A stretch of 64,000 bases of DNA from Octopus vulgaris (taxonomy: Eukaryota): contig OX597815.1 of assembly GCA_951406725.2 (NCBI GenBank), positions 132,928,001 to 132,992,000 of the forward strand, written 5' to 3'. The position numbers and the translations under genes are program-made. Position 1 is the first letter of the stretch. The number at the start of each line of letters is the position of its first letter. This document shows, in pieces, positions 28,201 through 41,189 of this stretch. The notes under the pieces are model-generated. The model was given only the letters and a program-made list of their open reading frames with translations, did no database searches and had not been told where the DNA came from.

Positions 28201-28639
28201 GGATCTTTTCGGTTTGAACGGAAATTTTTTCTAGCGGTGTCTTATGAAATTGTTACCCATAATTATGACCCTAGTATCGGTCTATTTCATTTCAGTCTGT
28301 TTTAGGGTTAGGGTTAGTTAGGGTTGGTTAGGGTTAGGGTTAGGGGTGGGGGAAGGGTATCTTTTTTTCTTCACAAATAGAAATAAACCCAATCTGTTTC
28401 TTAAACGAGGGACATATTCATACGGCACAGAATGCCTTTTAACTCAATAGACGTCACTGATTGGTTGAAATTGCAGAAATTGAAGAAAGAAAACAACAAA
28501 TATTTTACAAACTATAGAATTTTCTCTATAAAGCCAAGAGAAAAGGATGTTTTATAAACACATTCTACCAGTATACGAGGTTTAAAATTTTTTACTTACC
28601 TAGAAATTATGTTAAAAACTGCCGTTCAAACCGAAAAGA
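28201..28639. mobile_element. MITE with ~25-bp TIRs and an internal (TTAGGG)n-like tract
   Basis: TCTTTTCGGTTTGAACGG...CCGTTCAAACCGAAAAGA; telomere-like repeats at 28302-28345. Confidence 0.85.
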
Positions 28640-28725
28640 ATTCTTTTGTGTATTTAGTAACGAGCAACTTTCATGTGAGGAACGAAGCAGCGGCATTTCG
28701 TTAATATTTGCCATCACATTCTATG

Positions 28726-29163
28726 ACGATTAGCATAATTATTAAGTGATATACTTTATGTAATCCCGGTACCATCACATTCTTTAACTGCTTTAGTCAA
28801 GAAAGAAAGTGATCTTCATGTTTTTTTCGACAGCCTCCGAGACTGTTGAAACGGAGGCATGAATGTGCTCTTAAACTTGGCTAGAATTTTTGTAACTGAC
28901 TGCACTCTGCTAAAAGCAACCATGGGACCAGATGGTAGTGTGAAGCTCAATGAGGATTCCATATACCACCTAAGTAGCCATAGCAAGATTTGAAATCACA
29001 GCACGAAGTAGTGAACCAAATACAATAAGATATCCAGTCCGACGCTCTAACAGTTCCCGCACTCCACACTACTGCTTAGAGTCATATTTTTTTATCTCCT
29101 CCCAAAAAGAATAAATGGCACAACTAAACTCGGTAGGATTTGAAACCAGTACGCAGAGAGTTA
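28726..29163. repeat. Right arm of the inverted duplication (partner 24832-25249)
   Basis: Reverse-complement colinear match, with a ~27-bp indel near 28802. Confidence 0.9.
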
Positions 29164-29921
29164 AAAAAAGACTTTGCCTTTCTTCCTTTCGGCTTCGATA
29201 AAATAATTATCATTCAAGTAGAGAGGAAGATGTAATTCACTTCATCCCCTCAAAAACTGACTCTGTGCCGAAATCCAAAACTATTTTAACATCTTGTGTA
29301 TAATTAACAAATATCTCATTATGAATATTTCGTCTTGCGAGATTTCTGATATGAAATCATTTGTTGAAACAGATATTGTTATATTCCGGGATGATCATTT
29401 TATATTTGTTTAACTCATGTCCAGGGACATGAGTTAAAATGATAAAATAAGAGCAGCAATAAACGAGTGAAGGGAAAATATTTAGTGCGTGTGTTTATTT
29501 GGCAAAAAAATATAATAAATTAAATGACCACCCCGAAATACAATATCATTATGAACACCTATATATCTTCTTTTCCTCGGCCCGAGAAGCATACTTTATG
29601 TTTTGTTCCTTAGCTAAATTAATTTTGCCCACAGAGAATACCTCTAATTGACACGTAAACGTCCAGTAATTATTTTGCTTTAAACCACATATACCACACA
29701 AAACGGTCGATAATAATATTGTCTCAGTGCCAAATGATTAATCAACTCGTTTGATGAGATTTTGTTGTAGAAAATATTTCCTTTGTTTTCACTAATTTTT
29801 AAAATAACGACAAACTTAACAAAATAACTCTGTCATTACTAATACGGTATTGGAACTGAAACTACATAACATTTTGAAGAGCGGTATAAATTTAGATCTC
29901 TTTAGAGAGAAAGTTTATATC

Positions 29922-30526
29922 CTTTTTACTATAGGCACAAGACCTGAAATTTGGTGGGAGGGGCCCAGTCGATTAGATCGACCCCAGTATGCCACTGGTA
30001 CTTAATTTATCGACCCCGAAAGGACGGAAGGCAAAGTTTACCTCGGCGGAATTTGAACTCACAACGTAAAGACAAACGAAATACCGCTGAACATTTTGCC
30101 TGGCGTGCGGACGATTCTTTTCTACTAAAGGCACAAGACCTGAAATTTGGTGGGAGGGTCCCAGTCGATTAGATCGACCCCAGTATGCCACTGGTACTTA
30201 ATTTATCGACCCCGAAAGGATGAAAAGCAAAGTTTACCTCGGCGGAATTTGAACTCACAACGTAAAGACAAACGAAATACCGCTGAACATTTTGCCTGGC
30301 GTGCGGACGATTCTTTTCTACTAAAGGCACAAGACCTGAAATTTGGTGGGAGGGGACTAGTCGATTACATCGACCCCCAGTGTTTCATTTATACTTAATT
30401 TATCGACCCCGAAAGGATGAAAGGCAAAGTCGACCCCTGCGGAATTTGAACTCACAACGTGAAGATGGATGAAATACCGTTAAGCATTTTGTCCGACGTG
30501 CAAATGATTCTGCCAGCTCACCGCCT
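29922..30526 (-). mobile_element. Head-to-tail SINE-A trimer (196-bp period)
   Basis: Units start at ~29922, ~30117 and ~30313; one flanking direct repeat AAGTTTATATC at 29911-29921 and 30533-30543. Confidence 0.9.
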
Positions 30527-31556
30527 TAGAAGAAGTTTATATCATAAAATCAATGGCAATTGCATGTGAGTTGGTACCTGAAGGATGAAATCAATGTGAC
30601 TAAAATGTTATAAAATGTAAATATCAAATATACATTTTTCCACAATGAATACATTGATCTTTATAATAAAGAATAAAACGTACTCCAAGTTTCAATAAGA
30701 AATCAGAACCAATTATTCGGCACGAATATCTGGTATAAGGCCATTAAATATTTCTCTTCTTTGTAAAACCGAGTGATTTACAATAACAGGAAGTAGAGAA
30801 AGTAGGCACGACGAGATTTCAATGTGCGATCAGTGCGAGGCTATGACATTTCCACCAATCCGCCATCAGAAATAACATTTTTTTAATCTACTTCGATTCA
30901 ACTATTAAGCAATTCTGTGATTCATTTCTGGGTATGAATTTTAAAAATCTATGTTTCTTTTAAGTAATTGGAATTTGCGTCCTTCAAAAGTTGCAAACAC
31001 ACACACACAGAGGATTGTATGTATGTATGTATGTATGTATATATATATAGCAAAAATAAAAACGGACAGGATATAAAATCGCAGGTAAACATTCCGGTAT
31101 GTCTATTTATTCAAGTGTATTAGACGAATACACACACATGCATGAGTGGTACAGGTTAGCGAGTAGGAAAAGCTGGTATGTTCATAAACAAGGGTGTAAC
31201 TAAATATAAGCATATAGAAAAAAATGACAAAAAGCTAAATGGATGTGCAAGTACATGTGTGTGTCTAAACGCATACGTACATGGTGTGTGTATGTATATA
31301 TATATATATATATACACACAAACCATATATCATGATGAAAAAGAAAATTAAACAAGAGAAGAAACGCGAAAAGCTGAGAAACGCGGAAGTTTAAAACAAC
31401 GGAAAATGAAAAAGTAAAGGCTAAAATATGAAACATGAAAAAAAGGGTAAAAGAGTTATCCCCTTCAGACATTAAATTATAAGATTAGGAAGATATCAAG
31501 AAGTTAATCAGTTATAGGCGGAATTTTCCATTTCTTCAAAATATGTTTAGATATAC

Positions 31557-32018
31557 ATTGCAACCGCTGAAAATTTCAGACCTGAGCAACATATATATAT
31601 TTTGTTTTTTTGTGAGATGCCTGGAATATTTCAACGAATTCTTCAGTGATTTTGCCAGGTAAATTCAAAAATGACTTCAGTTTTTCTCTATCAGGTCTAG
31701 TTGTCTGACTAGGCCTGATATACTAAGTATTTTATTCATACAACAGGCATATAATACGAATCAATAAAGAGAGCGTAACATAAAATAGAAAGTAGAAATA
31801 AAATTTCAAAATTGACCATGCTCATTGACAGAGATTTTTGACAGAAAATTCAATGAACAAATTTACGTTTCTTTGTGTACCGTGAGTGTTGAGCAACAGG
31901 AGTATTTCGTTTTAAATACCAGCAATAGTCTGTCATCATCACAGCGTCCCAACGTCCTCGGTACCGATGTTCTATCTCCTTGATGTTCTGATGGAATCGT
32001 TTGCCTAGTTCATCACTT
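31557..32018 (-). mobile_element. DNA transposon relic, Chapaev3 (CMC)-like transposase C-terminus
   Basis: SDELGKRFHQNIKEIEHRYRGRWDAVMMTDYCWYLKR matches the DEHGERFHQDI..MEKRYQG.W...M.ADYCW motif; family name from memory. Confidence 0.65.
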
Positions 32019-32494
32019 TTGCAACCACGTGATTTCGGGTTTAGTGTCACTGCGTAGCACTTCACTGTCTGCCTCCAACCCGACCAGTGCTTTAGTGAAA
32101 CAGGTAAAGAAAAATAGAAACTACGCACATTCAAAATTCGAAGCCCCTCAATTCACTTCAAACAAACATCCTCCACCGACATTATACTTCGATTACTCTC
32201 GAAAAGTGCCTCTCGGAAATATTCTCGTTCTCTTAAACCGCATCCTCCAAAAGACTACCCAGCTAAATGTCACAGAGTTTCTTCACTACACACTCTAACT
32301 TCTGGCCCATCACGGTAAAATAGAATTCACTTAGTTAATAAAAGTAATTCAAAGTATTGCATTAATTATTTTCTCTCTATAACCTCAACCACTGAACTGA
32401 TGGATAAGAAGCACTAGATACAAGTTTTAAATGAAAAGGAATCGGAAAAATTAGAGATAAAGGAGGATTGGCGTAAAAATCTGGATGGGTGAAG

Positions 32495-33152
32495 TTACCA
32501 TTTGTTAGAAATTGTGATACAACGTCAGCAATTTTAGGGGTGGTGAATACTCAACTACATCGACTCCAGTATGCACCACCAAAGGATGAAAGGCAAAGCG
32601 ACCACCAAAGGATGAAAGGCAAAGTTGACTGCGACGGAATTTAGAAAACAGAACGGAAAAAATGACGCTAATCATTCTTGTCTGTCAGATCCATGATTCT
32701 GCCAGATTGTCGCCTTGGCGAAAACTATCGTTCATACATATTTTATTACGCTTTTCACCAAGTCGGTGAGCTGGCAGAATCATTAGAACGCCGGGCGAAA
32801 TGCCTAGCAGTATTTCATCTATCTTTACGTTCTGGGTTCCAGTTCGGCCGAGGTTGACTTTGCCTTTCATCCTTTCGGGTTCGGCAAATTAAGTACCAGT
32901 TGCGTGTTGGGATCGATCTAATCGACTGGCCCCCTTCCCCAAAATTTCGGGCCTTGAGCCTAGAGTAGAAAGGAATCGTTAGAACGCCGGGCAAAATGCT
33001 GAGCCACATTTCATATGCCTTTACGTTCCGAGATCCACTTTGCCTTTTATCATTTCAGATTCGATAACATAAGTACCAGTTGAGTATTAGGGTCAATGTC
33101 ATCGACTTACTCCTCTCCCGAGCTCGCTGACCTTATGCCAAAATGTGACGCC
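32495..33152. mobile_element. SINE-A cluster: a degenerate minus copy (32495-32720) and a plus-strand dimer (32763-33152)
   Basis: Head GGTGAGCTGGCAGAATCATTAG; second unit joined at AGAAAGG|AATCGTTAG. Confidence 0.85.
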
Positions 33153-33551
33153 ATTAGTATTCTTTTGACTAATTTCGTAATATTTAATCCATGAGTATTC
33201 TCAATTCCCATCGCATCGAGATGGACTTTGTTCTGTTCCTTTACAGTTTTACCAAGTTACTTCCAGTTCTTTCAGCTTAATTCGTTGTATAATTTATTTG
33301 AAAATACGCGGTATTCGTAGTCTTGTGTCATTGTGATAATTCCTTTTATAATGTGCACATACATTAAGTCGTAAATGTAAGAATAAAAAGTACTTAAAAT
33401 ATACATGCATAAATGCAGGTACATTTGTGTAGATAAGAAGGTTCCTTTACAACCACGTATTTACAGGATCAATCCCACCCAATACGCGACACCCTGGACG
33501 ATTGTCTTCTATTTATTATAGTCTCGGAGTTCCAGGTCTGTCTATATATAT

Positions 33552-33703
33552 ATGCGCAGGTGTGACCGTGCGGTAAGAAGCTTCCCAACCACATGGTTCC
33601 GGGCTCAGTCTCACTGCGTGGCACGCGAGTGTCTTCTACTATAGCCTTGGGCCGATCGAAGCCTTGTGAGTGGTTTGGTAGATGGAAACTGGAAGGAGCC
33701 TGT

Positions 33704-33706
<3 letters not shown>
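33552..33706 (+). mobile_element. SINE-B head
   Basis: Family match. Confidence 0.8.
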
Positions 33707-33766
<60 letters not shown>

Positions 33767-33805
33767 GTTATTATTATTATTATTATTAGTCATCAATCTT
33801 ATATA

Positions 33806-34040
33806 TAGTAATCCCGCGCCATATCGTGGTGCACCTATCGCGGTTTACCTATAGAGGTTTATTATTTAAGCTCACGTCGATTCGTCCGTGGTGTTGTTTT
33901 GCATTTATGATAAAATAAATATATATAAATTATAAAATAATTTAAAAAATTATACAGTACAGTACTGTTTCTACTTCGCTGATTTTCACCTAGCGCGGTG
34001 TGTTTTGAACGTAACTGCCGCGATAGTCGAGAGATTACTG
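33806..34040. mobile_element. pogo/Tigger-like MITE
   Basis: Imperfect TIRs (T)AGTAATCCCGCGCCATATCGTGG / CCGCGATAGTCGAGAGATTACTG, flanked by TA. Confidence 0.7.
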
Positions 34041-34944
34041 TATTTCAAATGCTGTGGTTTATTGAATTTGGGAAACTATCACTAGTCCCTTTTGTTTAAC
34101 ACAATAAATAAAGCCTTCAGAAGTCAACAGCATCAGTTCGAATGCAAGTGTTAAGCAAATAGTTCCACAAAAGGAACTGAACTTCTTAAACGCTCAGATC
34201 AAGTTAAACCATTTAAAAATATTCACCTGCCAACAATAATGCCTGGACAATTTGTATTCTCTTTGTGGTAAGTTGTAAAAACTCTATTTACACAATACAT
34301 ATATTCTTCATTTCAAAATGTTAAACATGATAAATTAATTGCCTTTTTCGTTTATGTAAATATGCTCTGTTTTCATTGTCACGTGCGTTGCTTGCCTGTT
34401 TAGTAAAATGATTTGGTTTTACAATTTGCTATGTCCTGATTAACATAAGTAATGCAAAATATTTTTAATTAAGTTACTATTTTTTGCAAAGATTCTGTGT
34501 CGTATACTTTTCAGTTGTGTTGTTTCCAACGGTGATTTACGTAATTTTTTAATTAAACATGATGGTAAAATATATTTTGCTGCACAAGTATATGACACCC
34601 GTAATTAAATTGAAATTTTTATTTTTATTATTGATTTATAGACATGTAAGATAAATAAATCAATGACATTTCAACTTGTTTCAAGAAAATAAACAATCTC
34701 TATGAATCCTGATACAATTTCAATAAATCACTCACTAACGATAGAAATATTTCTAGACTTAGAGACTTATAGATTCATAACCGTCGAGTGAACGTTATGT
34801 ATTTGAGTTGCTGTGTTGCAATAAATTACATAGTACTTGCGGAAATATTGTAAAGAAATTCTAATTGAAACAGTTCATATCATTCAAAAATCAACGCTTC
34901 ATAAGTAACTCATATACTCTTAAATTGTACAGATTTTCAATAAA

Positions 34945-35810
34945 CGAGGTCTGATCAATAAGTATCCGGACTGGTTCTATAAAAACAAAACTACAACACG
35001 CACCAATTTAGTACATAATCTTCTTCAAAGTAGAACCCTTCGGAAACCAGACACTTAATCCAGTGCTGTCTTCATTGAGGGAAGCATTCCTGGAACTCAT
35101 TTTCTGGGATAATCAGCAGCTAGCTCGTCGCATTCACTTTGTTTTCTTCGACGTCCTGAAATATTCTTCCTTTCATGCGGGATTTGATTTTTGGGAAGAG
35201 GAAAAAGTCGCAAAAGGCGAGATCTGGATAATATGGTGACTGTGGGACCTAGGGGATGCTGTACCAAGCCAAAAACTGCTGCACAAGCTGCGCTGAATGC
35301 GTAGAAGTGTTGTCAGCTGAAAGCAGTTTTGGCAAAAACTTGGAAGTCTCGTGTCTCATACCAAAATCTTCAGTTGTAATGAATTGAACTGAAACGTAAC
35401 TAATCTGCACATCTGATAACTTACGTATGGTGATTCAGCGATTTCCCCTCACAGCTACATGCACATCTCAGTTCTGTTGGCTGCAGGTTTCTCTAACGTT
35501 CGTCACTATCAACATTTTTTCCTTTCATACACTCCTCTACATACACTTTCTGCAACTTTTCGTAGGCACCTGAGCAGGTATTGCCAAGCTTTTGGCAAAA
35601 TTTGATGCAGGTTCATGGTCAATGCGATGATCACACGCTATACACGTATCTTTCAAGCACTACTGTAAACAGCGGAAATGAGCTCGAACGCTAAAACCTG
35701 GTGCGCATGCACAACAGAGTTCAAGGTCAATTTGTCTCAAGTGGCTTTATTCTACATGCCTTAGGTTCGTTATTATGGCAATAATCCGAATAGTTTTTGA
35801 TCAGATCACG
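34945..35810 (-). mobile_element. Internally deleted mariner element
   Basis: TIRs CGAGGTCTGATCAATAAGTATCCGGA / TCCGAATAGTTTTTGATCAGATCACG; minus strand reads SPYYPDLAFCDFFLFPKIK...CLVSEGFYFEED. Confidence 0.85.
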
Positions 35811-36569
35811 TATTCACTGTCCCGTAAAATTTTTAATTATATTCAAAAAAAGAGATGTTTACAGGATATGCTCCTTTCAGATATATTAGAATATTTACTA
35901 ATAATTTTCCTGAATTATTAATTCGCAGAAATAATGCCAATATTAATTATACATTTATTACTTGAGATTTATTGTGTATCCTATGTATCTAATTTTTAAT
36001 GGTCACTATTATTATTATGCTGTTATCATGCATTATAGGAATTTTACATTTATTATTTGCAATATCTAAAATAGTATTCTGCCATTTTAAAATTATAAAG
36101 GTTAAATAAAACATACAAATGTTTAATATTATCTAAAATCCAGAACTGGAAAATCTTCAATTATTATATCTAAGAACGTAAACATTGTGACAAAGCTAAC
36201 CGCACCCCACACAAGATGATCTTCTGGAGATAGAGATTGCATAATATGGAAAACATCTAACACATAGCAAACTGTGTCCACCAAAACTTCAAGTGACCAT
36301 TGATTACCGCCTCTGTCCCCGTTTTCTATTTCTGTTCCTCACAGTTGGTTTTAAGGAGCAAAGTGCTACCTACAGTCAGGCACTCTGGAGTCACTCTTTT
36401 CTCTTGCTCTCCCTCTCATCACCTACCCAAAACGCCAGCTTCTGGAGTTCCTTCCTTGCTAACGAGTCTTTTGCAAGTTTCAAATTGGCATAGTTTGTTT
36501 GTTTTTTAATGCGATTTTTCTCAAACAAGACTTGCAGCATTATAGTGCAACGGTCAACAAAGAAGAAAA

Positions 36570-37070
36570 AGAAAGAGCCTGCAAATTCAAAGGATATCTA
36601 TTGACCGAAAGCTTAAAGGACAGAATATCATAGAAGAGAGGAAAACATAAAGTTGGTAGTGAGTTCCAGAGAGCAGCTGTTTGAGAAAAGAAGTTATGAG
36701 AATAAAAAGACAAAACTAACAGGAAGCTCAACAGACAAGCGATGCGCTTGTGCAGAGAAGCGAGTGCAATTCTTAAAGGATTTGACACAGGGTCCAAGCC
36801 AAAGGCGTTCATCAGAGCAATAACAAATGACGATACATTTCGACAATGAGCAATAAACGAGCACCACCAAGTTGTCACTGAGATTGTGAAATCGATCAGG
36901 AAAGGAAGCACCACCAATGTAAGGTCGAATAAAACAAGATAATCTCAGCTGTAATAAAATTGTGAGCACCGAAGACAGTTCCCACCTTCTTGGCGAAATA
37001 TTAACAGCATCAATCTCAACGGTTTCGAAGGAAACGCGAAATAAATATGCATAACTCTTTGCTACACCCA
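36570..37070 (-). mobile_element. LINE (CR1/Jockey-group) 3' fragment
   Basis: IRPY...FFSQTAALWNSLP..CFP..YD..SFKLSVNRY, a typical ORF2 C-terminus. Confidence 0.7.
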
Positions 37071-38477
37071 AGCAGATAAAATAGATACAGAAGTAATTAC
37101 TTAATTTATAAAATCTATTAAGGCAATTGTATTGGTGGAATCACATAACAACATAAATATTGCATATTCTTCTCATATGACATCCAAACTATTCTACCCT
37201 ATAAAACACTAGATCTTTAAATATGAGAAGATAAGCTTATTTTATATGTTGTGCTAATAAAAACATAATATTCTCCATCGTAGACAATTTGTACATATTC
37301 TGAATATTCAGATGTGCTTTAGATGTAAAATGCAACCAATTTAGAGAGTAGTCACACATACTAAAAAAGGGCTTCTGGTTTAGACACAAAGCTAGCAATT
37401 TTAAGCGGAGAGGATTGGCCAATACCATTGACCTGAGTACCTGTACTTTCTTTTATAAACCCAGGTGAGATATGATATTAATTTGGCACTGGCGGTAGTT
37501 GAAATCAGAAATATCTCAAAGCATTTTGTCCAGCACTAACGATTCTGTCAGCTCGTCGCTTTATAGAGTTAGAAAATAAATGCATTACTGTAAACAGAAA
37601 AACAAAACTTGTAAATAATACATGTATTTAATATAGAAATGGAGAATATAAAATTCGCATAAGTGAAAACGCTCCGGATTACTGTTGCTCGGTAATCAGC
37701 ATCCATTTAATAATTAAATTTGAAATTTTAACTTCGTTAGAATATATCGGAATATTTTATTTCTCGACATTTCATTCTTTATTTGAATTATTATACATTA
37801 CATAATTATTCTAAAACACATTATTATTATGCAACACATAATTGTTATTATACCGCACGTAATTGCTAAACAAGTCATAATGATACAACACTATCAATCA
37901 ATTTGTTTTAAGTCACAGCTATAAAATATAAACTATTATAATTAATCACAAAATATACTAGGCATAGTTCAGAGATAATTACGTGCTTCGAACACGCAAG
38001 AACATGAGGCAAAATTGGACAGTTTGACCAATTGGTTACGATGCCAAATGTGCTATTCCTAACTTACTATAATGGAGGTCATAGACAGCCATTTTTTTAA
38101 AACTTAAAACATCCGCAACAACAAACCATTAAACAATAACATTTTCAATTATTTAAGAAATACATTATAAAAATATTCATTACTTCGCAGACTAAACAGT
38201 GTTTTGAATAAAAATAATGAAAAGAATCAGGTATTATACAGAGTAAAAATTTACGTTAATTCATTTTTAGATTAATTTTCAGCAAAATTCGAAAGATATT
38301 ATTTCATAATGGATATAGCTTTTAGGTTTTAATTTTTGTTTTGAACTGTCCACTTGAAATATAGGTTGGTTAATGTTGTGTATTGCCTTGCATTTTAGTC
38401 TGTCTAGTCGATTGATTTTTCGCTGGTAAAGTAAGAATGTAATATAAATACACAATGTATCTGTATGTAGATACGCA

Positions 38478-38870
38478 TGTACAAAACCCGAAATTTTGGA
38501 GGAGGTGGCAACTGGTACTTAATTTATCGACCCCGAAAGGATGAAAGGCAAAGTCGGCATCGGTGGAATTTGACCTCAGAACATGACAGACGAAATACCG
38601 CTAAGCATTTCGTCCACCGTGCTACCGTTTCTGCTATATATACAAAGGAATGTGGTGTGTCTGTATGTATGTATGTATGTATGTATGTATATATATATAT
38701 ATTTCTTTATTGCCCACAAGAGGCTAAACATAGAGTGGACAGAAAAGGACAGACAAAGGGATTAAGTTGATTACATCGACCCCAGTACGTAACCGGTACT
38801 TTATTTATCGACCCCGAAAGGATGAACGGCAAAGTCGACCTCGGCGAGCAGACGAAATACCGCTAAGCAT
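38478..38870 (-). mobile_element. Two SINE-A copies (tail 1 at 38478-38634, tail 2 at 38702-38870)
   Basis: Family cores TTTATCGACCCCGAAAGGATGAA. Confidence 0.85.
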
Positions 38871-38871
38871 A

Positions 38872-39238
38872 TATATTCTCCACATCGTGCAAATGATGTA
38901 CCGCAGCGGCGTTGGAGAGAGTAAAGGTTCAAACCTTTAAGGCGGTCCCAGTAATCGTGATCAATCATGCCTTCAATTCGTTTAGTGAGTATCCTTTGGG
39001 GGAATTCAATTTTCGAGATGTTTTGTTTTGTATGGGGAGATCACCAGGGGCAGCAGTATTCAAGGTGTGGCCGTACAAAGGAGGAGAAAAGTAGAATGAT
39101 GACACCTTGTTCTCTGGACGGAAAGGTTCTTAAGATCCAGGAGCTCATCATACGAGCTATGTCGACCTTATTGTTGACGTGGGTACTCCAACTGAGATTA
39201 TTATCAACAATTACATCTAGGTTTCTGATATTATTAGA
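38872..39238 (-). mobile_element. CR1-type LINE ORF2 C-terminal fragment
   Basis: [17 protein letters not shown]...WILRTF...[12 protein letters not shown]...YWDRLKGLNLYSLQRR. Confidence 0.85.
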
Positions 39239-39252
39239 TATATATATAAATA

Positions 39253-39391
<139 letters not shown>

Positions 39392-39583
39392 ATATATATA
39401 TTATATATAATATGTATATATATATACACATATATATATATATTATATATAATATATATTATATATATATATATATATACCGGAGTAAACACATAAATGT
39501 GAAACAAGGTGGAAAAAAGAGTACTCAAATACCAGTGGTAGAGTAATATGCTTTATTTTAAGCAGCAGAAAATTCAACAAAAT

Positions 39584-39621
39584 CTGTTACTCTGAGTTTC
39601 TCGTTGCCGTTCATCAGACAG
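39584..39621 (-). ncRNA. Minimal type I hammerhead motif (HH-F5), mirror copy
   Basis: Exact reverse complement of 39638-39675. Confidence 0.75.
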
Positions 39622-39637
39622 TTTTTGCTAGCAAAAA

Positions 39638-39675
39638 CTGTCTGATGAACGGCAACGAGAAACTCAGAGTAACAG
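39638..39675 (+). ncRNA. Minimal type I hammerhead motif (HH-F5)
   Basis: CTGT-CTGATGA-ACG(GCAA)CGA-GAA-ACTCAGAGT-A-ACAG; stem II is very short. Confidence 0.75.
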
Positions 39676-39701
39676 ATTTTTTGAATTTTCTGCTGCTTAA
39701 A

Positions 39702-39770
<69 letters not shown>

Positions 39771-39926
39771 ATATATATATGTATGTATATATAATGTACA
39801 GACGTTCACACATGCACAGATATACATACTATAGAGAGCCAAGGAGGAGAAACGGTCCTTTAAAGATCGTGTAAGTATGTATGTATGTATGTATATGTGT
39901 ATGAGACTATTTGTGTCTGCTTATGG

Positions 39927-40286
39927 ATCTGGAGCACCGCCTTTGGTCGAGTAACTCGACCACAGGACTTATTCTTTGTAAGCCTAGTACTTATTCTATC
40001 GGTCTCTCTTGCCGAACCGCTAAGTTACGGGTACGTAAACACACCATCATCGGTTATCAAGCGATGTTGGGGGGACAAACACAGACACACAAACATATAC
40101 ACACACATACATATATACATATATACGACGGGCTTCTTTCAGTTTCCGTCTATCAAATCCACTCACAAAGCTTTGGTCAGCCCGAGGCTATAGTAGAAGA
40201 CACTTGCCCAAGGTGCCACGCAGTGGGACTGAACCCGGAACCAAGTGGTTGGTAAGCAAGCTACTTACCACACAGCCACTCCTACG

Positions 40287-40329
<43 letters not shown>

Positions 40330-40869
40330 TCTGTACTCTTTACACTTTTACTTGTTTCAGTCATTTGACTGCGGCCATGCTGGAGCACCGCCTTTAGTCG
40401 AGCAAATCGGCCCCGGGACTTATTATTTGTAAGCCCAATACTTATTCTATCGGTCACTTTTGCCGAACCGCTAAGTGACGGGGACGTAAACACACCAGCA
40501 TTCCAAGGGAGAGGAAGATACTAATGAGACGACGGACGAAGGTTGGAAATCGACTCAACGAACATCTCTAAAGTAGCGAAAGGTCTCGCCTAAAAACAAC
40601 ACTGATGGAGATTTTAAAAAGATTGGTTGTCAAGCAACGCTAGAGGGACAAACACAGACACACAAACATATACACACACATACACATATATATATATACA
40701 TATATACGACAGGCTTCTTTCAGTTTCCGTCTACCAAATCCACTCACAAGGCTTGGTCGGCCCGAGGCTATAGCAGAAGACACTTGCCCAAGATGCCACG
40801 CAGTGGGACTGAACCCGGAACAATGTGGTTGGTAAGCAAGCTACTTACCACACAGCCACTCCTGCGCCC
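39927..40869 (-). mobile_element. Two tandem SINE-B copies (39927-40289 and 40342-40869)
   Basis: Family match; the second copy carries a LINE-derived insert at ~40500-40622. Confidence 0.9.
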
Positions 40870-40883
40870 ATATATATATATAA

Positions 40884-41150
40884 ATTTTTGGTTTCAGAAC
40901 GAGATAAAAAAAACCAAGGCTGTGAAGATTTTAGAACATTTATAAATAGATCTTATAGCTGTTTCCAGGATATTTATTACATCCCTTCGTCGGAGACGGT
41001 GTAAGAAAATGGTTTATCAATAGTTAATTTAGATAAGATACGAAATAGAGAGTGAAGTGAAGGAATGAAAATAGATGTGAGATATGCAGGGATATTGCAT
41101 TTGCAAATACATTATTTAGGCAGAATGGTATACATATAAGATTCCAGTAC
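40884..41150 (-). mobile_element. Penelope-like pLTR repeat (HH-F2) with hammerhead variant at 40950-40997
   Basis: Minus strand reads GTCT-CCGACGA-AGGGATG(TAATAAA)TATCCTG-GAAACAGCTATA-AGAT; homolog of 7715-7982. Confidence 0.7.
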
Positions 41151-41189
41151 AAGGTATTGACTTATTTTTTTTATAACCCAGGATTCGGT

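Larger units (their letters stand above)
39552..39706. repeat. Zero-spacer 155-bp palindrome containing two opposed hammerheads (HH-F5)
   Basis: Centre GCT|AGC at 39629/39630; arms differ by a single indel. Confidence 0.92.

Noticed and set aside
28302-28345. Telomere or chromosome-fusion scar
   Set aside because: Short, degenerate and enclosed by MITE TIRs
29922-30526. Regular repeats resembling a CRISPR array or satellite
   Set aside because: The units are whole SINE copies with no unique spacers, in a eukaryotic context
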